Assembly: GCA_963842525.1 (NCBI GenBank)
Contig: CAWJGT010000029.1
Span: 1-64,000 of the forward strand
Length of the DNA stretch: 64,000 bases
Source of the DNA: an uncultured Holophagales bacterium
GTDB taxonomy: Bacteria; Acidobacteriota; Thermoanaerobaculia; Multivoradales; UBA5704
Reading direction: 5' to 3'
Under the pieces are notes generated by a model that worked only from the letters and a program-made list of their open reading frames with translations, was not told the DNA's origin and made no database searches. A program made the translations under genes and the position numbers. Shown piece after piece: positions 23,061-31,322 of the stretch (position 1 is the first letter of the stretch; the number at the start of each line of letters is the position of its first letter).

Positions 23061-23435
23061 CTACTTGGAAGGCGGGACCGCCGGAGACGAGGCCTGTGCG
23101 GGCTTCGACCGGCGCCGCCGCCGCCGGAGACGGTGCGGCGCCACGTTGAACTCCACCAGCCGCTCGTTGCGGACGCCGAGAATTCCCTGGAGCACGGAGC
23201 GGACGCGCATGGCGGCGTCCTTGCCTTCCTCCTTGACCTCGCCCATCTCCTGCGTGGCCCGCTGGGCCTTCGCCCGCATCTCGTCGCGAAGACTGCTGAG
23301 CTGGAGGAGCCGGTCGTACGACGTCTGGAGGAGGGCGAGCTCGTCCTTGAGGTCCTTGACCTCAGCATAAGGTTGCGCCGCAGTCAGAAGCTGCTGCCAA
23401 TCCAACTGCAAGTCGGCCTGGGCCACTTTCGGCAT
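23061..23435 (-). CDS. Small coiled-coil protein with Arg-rich C-terminal tail
   Basis: 124 aa helical/heptad pattern; RLRRRRRR tail; GAGGAG RBS. Confidence 0.75.
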   Translation of the reverse strand: MPKVAQADLQLDWQQLLTAAQPYAEVKDLKDELALLQTSYDRLLQLSSLRDEMRAKAQRATQEMGEVKEEGKDAAMRVRSVLQGILGVRNERLVEFNVAPHRLRRRRRRSKPAQASSPAVPPSK

Positions 23436-23503
23436 CCCGGTCTCCTCGGAAGCGCCGCGAGTATACCGCGTCCAGGGCTATCCAGGTACTGGGTGGGTGA
23501 CCC

Positions 23504-23527
23504 TGGGAGCGCCGGCGTCCCGCCGGC
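23504..23527. repeat. REP-like short palindrome
   Basis: TGGGAGCGCCGGCGTCCCGCCGGC with a 7-bp stem, just after the TPR gene stop. Confidence 0.45.
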
Positions 23528-23533
23528 TTTCAG

Positions 23534-24757
23534 TCAGCTCCCCGCCCGGAACCGCCGTTCCAGGTTGCCGCGCGCCGGCTGGAGGCCGGTGGCGACCTGG
23601 TCGAGCAGGTCCAGGGTGACCTCCTCAGCCTCAGCGGCCTGGCGGAACAGCAGGAGGGCGGCCAGGGCCTCCTGCTGGAGGTCCCCCGCCGCGAACACCG
23701 GCTCGATCTCGGCAGCGAGCCGCTTGAGGGCGCCGGTGTCCTTCCGCCGGAAATAGATCGCAGCGAGGTCGAGCGACACCAGCGCGGCGTCGATGCCGAT
23801 GCCACTCTCGAGGAACGCATCCCGCGCCTCCTGCAGCGCGGCCTCGGCCGCCTCCTCCCGACCGAGCTCGCGCGCAATGTTGCCCTCCAGCCACCGGAGC
23901 CGCACCAGATTCGTCCGCTCGCCCAGATCGAGATAGAGCCGCCGCGATTCTTCCACGCTCGCCTCCGCCTCCTGGTGCCGGCCGCTCTCGTTCAGGAACC
24001 AGGTCAGATTGTGCCGCGCCGCCACCAGCAACCGAGGCTCCTGGACGATGTCCAGCCGGGCGAGGCCGCGGCGGATCAAACGGATCGCCTCGTCATGGCG
24101 GCCGGCGTACCCTAGGATCATTCCCTTCTTGACGAGAGCCTTTCCTTCCTGCTGTCGGTCCCTGGCCTCCCGGTAGGTGGCGATCGCGTCATCCAACAAC
24201 CGTGCTGCCTCATCGAACTGCCTTTGGGCGCCACGCAGCGAAGCCTCGAAGCCCAGGAGGAGGGCCTCTGTATAGGCATCCCCTCCACCACGCCGAAGGT
24301 GCTCCTCCGCGGTTGCCAGCGCCTGTTCGGCCCGGCGGTGGTCCGCCGCGATGCGGCAGGCATTGCCCAGATAGGCCCAGGCCGAGGCTCGTGCATCCTC
24401 GGCGCGCTGCACGCCGTAGTGCGCCTCGTCCAGCCGAGTGGCAGCAGCAACCGCCAGCTCCGCCAGAGCAACAGCGCGCGCCGGATCCTCGAACCAGGCT
24501 TCACGGCTCCGCATTTCGAGCAGGCCGCAAAGCTGGAGGGACTGGAACCGAACCCCGGTCTCGACGAGCCTCCGCCGCTCCGCCTCCGGAGTCCCCAGGA
24601 GCTCGGCAAGTAGAGCCGCCGCTTCGTCGACCTCGCGGAGCAACTCCGGGAGCCGCCTGTCCGTGGCCTCGAAGGCTCGATCGAATACTGCCTCGTACAG
24701 GGCCGGCTGTGGGGCCGGGGTCTCCGGGTCAGGACCGCGATCCTTCCTTTTCTTCAT
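23534..24757 (-). CDS. Tetratricopeptide repeat protein
   Basis: Repeated TPR helices (AWAYLGNACR, ARHNLTWFL, LRWLEGNIA, AALVSLDLA). Confidence 0.82.
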   Translation of the reverse strand: MKKRKDRGPDPETPAPQPALYEAVFDRAFEATDRRLPELLREVDEAAALLAELLGTPEAERRRLVETGVRFQSLQLCGLLEMRSREAWFEDPARAVALAELAVAAATRLDEAHYGVQRAEDARASAWAYLGNACRIAADHRRAEQALATAEEHLRRGGGDAYTEALLLGFEASLRGAQRQFDEAARLLDDAIATYREARDRQQEGKALVKKGMILGYAGRHDEAIRLIRRGLARLDIVQEPRLLVAARHNLTWFLNESGRHQEAEASVEESRRLYLDLGERTNLVRLRWLEGNIARELGREEAAEAALQEARDAFLESGIGIDAALVSLDLAAIYFRRKDTGALKRLAAEIEPVFAAGDLQQEALAALLLFRQAAEAEEVTLDLLDQVATGLQPARGNLERRFRAGS

Positions 24758-24992
24758 TGTCCGGACTCCTAGGGAGAGGGTTCAAGGCGTGACGCCGAAG
24801 GGACCGATTCAGCCGATCGAGCAGCCACCAATCGCGGTGGGAGATCCGACCCCAGCGGTCGAGTAGGGCGAGCGCAGCCTCCTCGAGCAGCTTCTGCGCC
24901 ACCTCCGGAGGCACCTCGGAGCGACACAGGAGCCGCACGAGCCGAGGGCGTACCGAGGCGAAGAGCTCGGCGACCTCCTCGCGCGTCGGCAT
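24729..24992 (-). CDS. Small protein resembling ECF sigma factor region 2 only
   Basis: ELFASVRPRLVRLL...VPPEVAQKLLEEAALALLDRW...WLLDRL; overlaps the TPR gene start. Confidence 0.5.
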   Translation of the reverse strand: MPTREEVAELFASVRPRLVRLLCRSEVPPEVAQKLLEEAALALLDRWGRISHRDWWLLDRLNRSLRRHALNPLPRSPDNEEKEGSRS

Positions 24993-25138
24993 ATCTCGCA
25001 AGAGCACGGTGTTCGTTCCCGCAAGCGGGACTAAAGTACCGCACATACGGAATCGCGCGCAAGCCCCGGATGTGGAGGACGGATACGAACCGGGAGGGCA
25101 CACCCGCACCTAGCCGTGCCCTCCGGCTCCAGAGGGGA

Positions 25139-25429
25139 CTAACCGTTCGGATCGATGGCGCCGCGAGTGTCGAGGCTCGATCCCGGGTCACCTGATTCGG
25201 CTGCTCCGGCCCCGGCGCAGATGTTGCGGCCATCGGGATCGATGCAGCCTCCGGTATCCATCTCGGCCAGAAACAGGTCGTGGAAAAAGTCCCAGATCGA
25301 GGCGACGAGGCTCTGGCCAGGTGCGGCGGGCGAGCCGGTCCAAGGCGCCGCCGCGGCTGTCGCGGGCGCCAGGAGACTGGCGAGCAGGACGGCGACGGCG
25401 AAGCAGCGGAAGAGGTCTCTTCGAAACAT
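25139..25429 (-). CDS. Secreted peptide precursor with two IDP(D/N)G repeats
   Basis: GGGGAG RBS; signal peptide ending ATAAA; DTGGCIDPDG and C-terminal DTRGAIDPNG. Confidence 0.72.
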   Translation of the reverse strand: MFRRDLFRCFAVAVLLASLLAPATAAAAPWTGSPAAPGQSLVASIWDFFHDLFLAEMDTGGCIDPDGRNICAGAGAAESGDPGSSLDTRGAIDPNG

Positions 25430-25645
25430 GGCGGTCTCCCCTTGCCGGCAGGTCCGTGGCACGGCCACCAACGGCCGGCCGCGCCTGCCGCGGATTTCCA
25501 AGAGTGTGCACCGGGTTGGCCTGCGATCCTAGGGGCTGAAATCCATCAGAATAGCTAAAATATAGACGCTTCTCGGTATCGTTGCCATCTATCGCTACTA
25601 TACTAGCGGTTGCTGAGCGCTACGCGACCAGATGAGGACGGCGCC

Positions 25646-25951
25646 ATGGACGGATTTTCACTGGAGACGCCCGAGAACGTCAGCAGAACCTTGGCGGCCC
25701 GGATCAAAGCGCTGCGGCTGGCCAGGGGTTGGAAGCAGGCCACGCTGGCCAAACGGTCCGGAGTCAGCTTGGCATCGCTGCGGCGCTTCGAGGAGTCGGG
25801 CCGGGTGTCGCTCCAGAATCTGCTCGAGCTCGCCTTTGCCCTGAACCGGCTGGATGACTTCGAGGCTCTTTTCCAGGGCCCTCGGGCATCGTCACTGGCC
25901 GAGTTGGAGGCCGCCGAGACGCGATCCCCGCGCAAACGAGGCCGTATATGA
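25646..25951 (+). CDS. HipB-like XRE HTH antitoxin
   Basis: LRLARGWKQATLAKRSGVSLASLRRFE; overlaps hipA start. Confidence 0.85.
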   Translation: MDGFSLETPENVSRTLAARIKALRLARGWKQATLAKRSGVSLASLRRFEESGRVSLQNLLELAFALNRLDDFEALFQGPRASSLAELEAAETRSPRKRGRI

Positions 25952-27192
25952 AGAAGCTGGAGGTGCGTCTCACTCACCAGCCGGGCCGGGAGCGCATCGT
26001 CGGCCAGTTGGCAGAGACCGGACCGCGGCCGGCCGGTGGGCGGGTGTATTTCGAGTACGCCCCGGCCTTTCTGCGCGATCCCCTGTGGCTGTCTCCCTTC
26101 AAGCTTCCACCGCAGCAGGGCCTCATCGAGCACCGAGATTACGCTTTCGGCCCGATCTTCGGCCTCTTTGACGACTCCTTGCCGGATGGTTGGGGGCTGC
26201 TGCTCATGGATCGCTTCTTCGAGCAGCAAGGATCGGCCCTCGCCGAAGTGTCGGTGCTGGATCGGCTTGCGTATCTCGGTACCAGGACCATGGGGGCGCT
26301 TACCTATCACCCGCCAGCCGACCCGGGAGACCAACAGGCACGGATCCTCGACCTGCACGAGATGGCTCACGCTTCCCGGCAAGTGATCGAAGGCTCCGCG
26401 AGGGAGGTGCTGCCGCAGCTCCTACGCGCCGGAGGCAGCCCCGCTGGCGCGCGGCCGAAGGTGCTGGTCGGGATCAGTGAGGATGCGATCCTCTCAGGAG
26501 AAGACGACCTTCCACCAGGCTACACGCATTGGATCGTCAAGCTCCATGCCCGGCAAGACTCACCGGACATGGGTCCAGGCGAGCTGGCCTACTCCCTCAT
26601 GGCGAGGGACGCGGGCATCGCGATGCCGCCCGCCAGGCTTTTCGCGACACCTCAGGGAGAGCGGTTCTTTGGCGTGGAGCGCTTCGATCGCCAGGGCAAC
26701 CATCGTTACCACGTGCAAACGTTCGGCAATCTCATCCAGTCCAATTTCCGTATTCCGAGCTGCGACTACCGGCAACTGCTCGAGGTGACGCGGATCCTGA
26801 CCAGGAATCATCAGGACGTCCTGGAATCCTACCGCCGGATGGTCTTCAACGTGCTGACCCACAACCGTGACGACCATGTAAAGAACTTCGCCTTCCGTTT
26901 GACCGATGAAGGAAACTGGGAGCTGGCACCGGCCTACGACCTCGTTTTCGCTCCCGGCCCTGGCGGCGAGCACACCATGACCGTCGCCGGAGAGGGTCGA
27001 GCGCCTGCGCGCAGCCACCTGCTGCAATTGGCAGGTCCGGCGAGCATCTCAAGCCACGAGGCCCAAACGATTCTCGACGAAGTGGCCTCGGCTGCCGCCC
27101 GCTGGCGTGCCCACGCCCGCCAGGCAGGGGTAGGTACGAAAACCGCCAAGGTGGTCGGAAAGGCCATCGAGGAATGCCTCGCACGTCTTTGA
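25948..27192 (+). CDS. hipA: HipA family kinase toxin
   Basis: DSLPDGWG, GARPK, ERFDR, NRDDHVKNF, LAPAYD. Confidence 0.93.
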   Translation: MKKLEVRLTHQPGRERIVGQLAETGPRPAGGRVYFEYAPAFLRDPLWLSPFKLPPQQGLIEHRDYAFGPIFGLFDDSLPDGWGLLLMDRFFEQQGSALAEVSVLDRLAYLGTRTMGALTYHPPADPGDQQARILDLHEMAHASRQVIEGSAREVLPQLLRAGGSPAGARPKVLVGISEDAILSGEDDLPPGYTHWIVKLHARQDSPDMGPGELAYSLMARDAGIAMPPARLFATPQGERFFGVERFDRQGNHRYHVQTFGNLIQSNFRIPSCDYRQLLEVTRILTRNHQDVLESYRRMVFNVLTHNRDDHVKNFAFRLTDEGNWELAPAYDLVFAPGPGGEHTMTVAGEGRAPARSHLLQLAGPASISSHEAQTILDEVASAAARWRAHARQAGVGTKTAKVVGKAIEECLARL

Positions 27193-27341
27193 GTGGGCTC
27201 CGCCTCCCAGCGATCGCCGAGACATCAGCCTGGGGTCCAACTACGTGGCCTTGCTATAGTGACTTCCATGGCCGGGCCTTCCCAGCCGACGCTTGGTCCA
27301 GCTAAACTTATGCTGGATTTTCCCCAAGGAGACGCCACCGC

Positions 27342-30300
27342 TTGAGCTACTTGATCCAGCAGTACCTCAACCAGCTCCGGGATTTGCGCAAGGTGGCAGG
27401 CACGCACCGCGAGTCCGTCGTGCGCGAGGCGTTCAAAGACCTCCTCAAGGGCTGGGCACGGACGCACGACCTTATCTTCGTCCCGGAGTATGAGATCGCC
27501 GCGCCTACGAAAGAGCGCCGCTACGTCGACGGCGCTCTGTTGCACGCTCTGCGTGTCCCCTTCGGCTACTGGGAAGCCAAGGACGAGCAGGACGACCTCG
27601 ACTCCGAGATCGCGGTAAAGCTGCGGCGCGGCTACCCGCAGGACAACATCATCTTCGAGGACTCGACGCAGGCGGTCCTGTTGCAGGCCAGGACCGAGGT
27701 GATGCGGTGCGCCGTAGACGACGTGGAGAAGCTCGAAAAGCTCCTCCGTCTGTTCTTCGACTACACGCCGCCCATAGTGGCACAGTTCCGGAAGGCGGTG
27801 GAGCAGTTCAAGGCGGACCTCCCCTTCGTGCTGGAGGCCCTGCGGGAGATGATCGAAGCGGCCCATAGCGCCAACTCGAAGTTCCGGAAAGCGGCGCAAG
27901 CCTTCCTTGCACACGCGCAGGAGACCATCAACCCCAGCCTCACGGCTGCCGATGTGCGGGAGATGTTGATCCAGCACATCCTCACCGAAGGGATCTTCGC
28001 CGCGGTCTTTTCGGGCACCCCGTTCCACCAGGACAACAACGTGGCGCGCGAGCTCTACAAGCTCGAGGATACCTTCTTCACCGGCAACACCAAGTTCCAG
28101 ACGCTCAAGGCACTGGAACCATATTACGCAGCGATCCGCTCCGCTGCCGCGCAGATCGCCACGCACCATGAGAAGCAGAGCTTCCTCAAGGTCATCTATG
28201 AAGGCTTCTACAGGGTCTACAACCCCAAGGCGGCCGATCGGCTGGGCGTGGTCTACACGCCGAACGAGATCGTTCGCTTCATCATCGAGAGCGCCGATTG
28301 GCTGTGCGAGCAGCACTTCGGCCGCAACCTGATCGACAAAGATGTCGAGATCCTGGACCCGGCCACCGGCACCGGCACGTTCATCTGCGAGCTGCTGGAG
28401 CACTTCCGCGGCCAGCCGGCGAAGCTCAAGCACAAGTACCGCGAGGAGCTGCACGCCAACGAAGTGGCGATCCTGCCGTACTACGTGGCAAACCTGAACA
28501 TCGAGGCGACCTACGCGGCGATCACCGGCGAGTACGAGGAGTTTCCGAATCTCTGCTTTCTGGACACGCTCGACAACGTCGGCGAACACACCGCGACGCC
28601 CGGTACGCAGATGGGCCTGTTCGGGAGCGTCACGGAAGAGAACGTAGCTCGTATCAAACGTCAGAACAGCCGTACGATCAGCGTGATCCTCGGCAACCCG
28701 CCCTACAACGCAAACCAGCTCAACGAGAACGAGAACAACAAGAACCGCGAGTACCCGGAGATCGACCAGCGCGTCAAGGCCACCTACATCGCCGAGAGCA
28801 CGGCGCAGAAGACCAAGCTCTACGACATGTACGCGCGGTTCCTTCGCTGGGCAAGCGATCGGGTGGACAAGAACGGGATCATTGCCTTTGTCAGCAACTC
28901 TTCTTTCATCGACAGCCGGACGTTCGATGGTTTCAGGAAGGTGGTAGCGGAAGAGTTCAACCAGATCTGGATAGTTGATTTGAAGGGCAACGCACGGACC
29001 AGTGGTGAGAGGCGTCGAAGGGAAGGCGGCAATGTCTTTGGCGACCAGATTCGAGTCGGCGTGGCGGTGTATTTCCTCGTTCGGAAAAACGGAACCAATG
29101 GTTGCCGCGTTTTCTATGAAACGGTGCGGGATTACGCTAGGGGCGACGAGAAAAGCGAGTTTCTTTCGGCCCGGCGCCTCGCTGAAAGAAAGCTGCAGGA
29201 GGTCAGGCCCGACGCGGATGGCAACTGGATTAATCAGGTTGAAAACGACTTCGACGCGCTGATATCGATCGCAACCAAGGAAGCGAAAGGGGCGAAGAAG
29301 ACCCGCGAGGAGAAAGCGATCTTCAAGCTGTTTTCCCTCGGCGTTTCCACCAATCGCGATGAATGGGTGTACGACCTAAGCCCCGTTGTCCTCCGAAGGA
29401 AGGCCGAACTTCTGGTCCGCGGCTACGAGGCTCATAAGCGGTCCGCCAGGGAGTTCAGCCCGGTAATCAAGTGGTCCGAAACGCTCAAGCGTCGCGCTCA
29501 AAACGGCGCGAGAGAGGCGCTGAGCACTCAGCGGATTCGAAAGGCGGCGTACCGGCCTTTTACCTCTGTATTTCTATATCAATCACCTCTTTTCATCGAC
29601 CGCCCGGGCGCGTGCGAGTTGATGTTTCCTCCTGGGGCTAGGAACGCTGCGATATGTTTCAGCGACATTGGGTCGCGAACAGACTACGTGGTACTGGCCG
29701 TTGACGGTGTAGCCGACCTGCATTTCGGTGCCTCGGTGGACGCTTACCAGCAAGTTCCTCTTCTCGCGTTTGAAGAATCTGGCGCAGTCCGCGACAACAT
29801 CACTGACTGGGCACTCGACCAGTTCAAGAAGAACTACCAGACCGGCCGTGGTAAGAAAGAGCGCCCGATCGCCAAGGATGACATCTTCCACTATGTCTAC
29901 GGCGTGCTGCACGACCCGGTGTACCGCGAGAAGTACGCCCTGAACCTCAAACGCGAGTTTCCGCGCATCCCCTTCTACCCGGACCTCTGGCAGTGGACCG
30001 AATGGGGCAAGACCCTGATGGACCTGCACATCGGCTACGAGACCGTCGAGCCCTGGCCGCTCCGGCGGACCGATGTAAGGGACGAAGGCGCACGGAAGGC
30101 CGGTATAACACCCAAGGCGATGCTCAAGGCCGACAAAGAAGCCGGCCGCATCAGGCTCGACAGCGAGACCACCCTCGCCGGTGTTCCGCCCGAGGCCTGG
30201 GAGTACAGGCTCGGCAACCGCTCAGCTCTGGAATGGATCCTGGACCAGTACAAAGAAAAGAAGCCGAAAGACCCAACCATCCGCGCCCGCTTCGACACCT

Positions 30301-30425
30301 ACCGCTTTGCCGACTACAAGGAGATGGTCATTGACCTCCTGGCGCGCGTCACGAGGGTGAGCGTGATGACTGTACGGATTACCAACGAAATGCGTGATGC
30401 CAGGAGGGAGGGCACTCTGCAATGA
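27342..30425 (+). CDS. Type ISP-like restriction-modification enzyme (nuclease-like N-terminus, N6-MTase, specificity domain)
   Basis: VDG...WEAK nuclease-like motif; GVVYTP, LDPATGTGTF, GNPPYN; C-terminal HYVYGVLHDPVYREKY..NLKREFPRIP. Confidence 0.88.
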   Translation: MSYLIQQYLNQLRDLRKVAGTHRESVVREAFKDLLKGWARTHDLIFVPEYEIAAPTKERRYVDGALLHALRVPFGYWEAKDEQDDLDSEIAVKLRRGYPQDNIIFEDSTQAVLLQARTEVMRCAVDDVEKLEKLLRLFFDYTPPIVAQFRKAVEQFKADLPFVLEALREMIEAAHSANSKFRKAAQAFLAHAQETINPSLTAADVREMLIQHILTEGIFAAVFSGTPFHQDNNVARELYKLEDTFFTGNTKFQTLKALEPYYAAIRSAAAQIATHHEKQSFLKVIYEGFYRVYNPKAADRLGVVYTPNEIVRFIIESADWLCEQHFGRNLIDKDVEILDPATGTGTFICELLEHFRGQPAKLKHKYREELHANEVAILPYYVANLNIEATYAAITGEYEEFPNLCFLDTLDNVGEHTATPGTQMGLFGSVTEENVARIKRQNSRTISVILGNPPYNANQLNENENNKNREYPEIDQRVKATYIAESTAQKTKLYDMYARFLRWASDRVDKNGIIAFVSNSSFIDSRTFDGFRKVVAEEFNQIWIVDLKGNARTSGERRRREGGNVFGDQIRVGVAVYFLVRKNGTNGCRVFYETVRDYARGDEKSEFLSARRLAERKLQEVRPDADGNWINQVENDFDALISIATKEAKGAKKTREEKAIFKLFSLGVSTNRDEWVYDLSPVVLRRKAELLVRGYEAHKRSAREFSPVIKWSETLKRRAQNGAREALSTQRIRKAAYRPFTSVFLYQSPLFIDRPGACELMFPPGARNAAICFSDIGSRTDYVVLAVDGVADLHFGASVDAYQQVPLLAFEESGAVRDNITDWALDQFKKNYQTGRGKKERPIAKDDIFHYVYGVLHDPVYREKYALNLKREFPRIPFYPDLWQWTEWGKTLMDLHIGYETVEPWPLRRTDVRDEGARKAGITPKAMLKADKEAGRIRLDSETTLAGVPPEAWEYRLGNRSALEWILDQYKEKKPKDPTIRARFDTYRFADYKEMVIDLLARVTRVSVMTVRITNEMRDARREGTLQ

Positions 30426-30685
30426 GGACCCAATCCGCCGATACGCCGCAGGAGATCGAGGAGCTCCTCCTGGAGGGATACCGCCGTATGACGCCTTGGG
30501 AGAAGCTCCGGCAGGTCTTCGAGCTGAACCGGATGGCCCAGCAGATGGCCGCGATGAGAATTCAGGCTCAATATGGGCCGAACCTCTCCGAGCAGGAGCT
30601 GCGCCTCCGGCTGGCTGCGTTGTGGCTGGACAGGGAAACGATGATCGAGGCGTTCGGATGGGACCCTGAGGTCAAGGGGTATTGA
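30422..30685 (+). CDS. Small hypothetical protein (partner of the nucleotidyltransferase)
   Basis: 87 aa, YRRMTPWEKL...RLRLA; abuts the next gene. Confidence 0.65.
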   Translation: MRTQSADTPQEIEELLLEGYRRMTPWEKLRQVFELNRMAQQMAAMRIQAQYGPNLSEQELRLRLAALWLDRETMIEAFGWDPEVKGY

Positions 30686-31297
30686 ATGATCCCGCCGGAT
30701 GAGGCCCTGAGGGTCATTCTGGAGGTCGTCAGAGTCCTCGAGGATCTGCGAGTCCCTTATGCCGTCGGAGGCTCCCTCGCCAGCTCCCTGCACGGCATTC
30801 CGCGTTCGACCCAGGATGGCGATCTGGTGGCGGATCTCCGCGTCGAGCACGTGCAGCTTTTCGTTGCCGCCGTCGCCGAGAGCTTCTACGTATCTCCGGA
30901 GCGTGTTCTCCAAGCCATCCAGCGGCGCTCGTCCTTCAATCTCATCCACCTGAAGACCACGATCAAGGTCGATATCTTCGTGCTGAAGGCGGAACCCTTA
31001 TCGCTTCAGGAGATGGCTCGGCGCCAGGTCCTTCCCGTCCCGGGAGAGCCCGGGACGACGCTTCATGTCGCCAGCGCGGAGGATACAGTCCTGCAGAAGC
31101 TTCTCTGGTACCAGAAAGGCAATCGCGCCTCCGATCGACAGTGGAACGACATTCTTGGCGTCCTGAAGGTTCAGGGTGCTCGACTCGACTTCAATTATCT
31201 GAAGGAATGGGCCAGCCGTATCGAAGTCGACGGCTTGCTGCGGCAGGCCTACGAAGACGCTGGGGTGAGCCCAGAACAGACCGACGCGCCGCGGTAA
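30686..31297 (+). CDS. Nucleotidyltransferase-like protein
   Basis: YAVGGSLAS..HG.PRST.DGDLV; SAEDTVLQKL.W; RQWND. Confidence 0.75.
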   Translation: MIPPDEALRVILEVVRVLEDLRVPYAVGGSLASSLHGIPRSTQDGDLVADLRVEHVQLFVAAVAESFYVSPERVLQAIQRRSSFNLIHLKTTIKVDIFVLKAEPLSLQEMARRQVLPVPGEPGTTLHVASAEDTVLQKLLWYQKGNRASDRQWNDILGVLKVQGARLDFNYLKEWASRIEVDGLLRQAYEDAGVSPEQTDAPR

Positions 31298-31322
31298 GCG
31301 CGCAAACGTTGACATGCTTTCC

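Noticed and set aside
22121-23368. 415-aa ORF with LGSxCPSLRGDPLR repeats
   Set aside because: It overlaps two better-supported genes out of frame. A 42-bp repeat is easily open by chance, so it is not called coding, though not strictly excluded.
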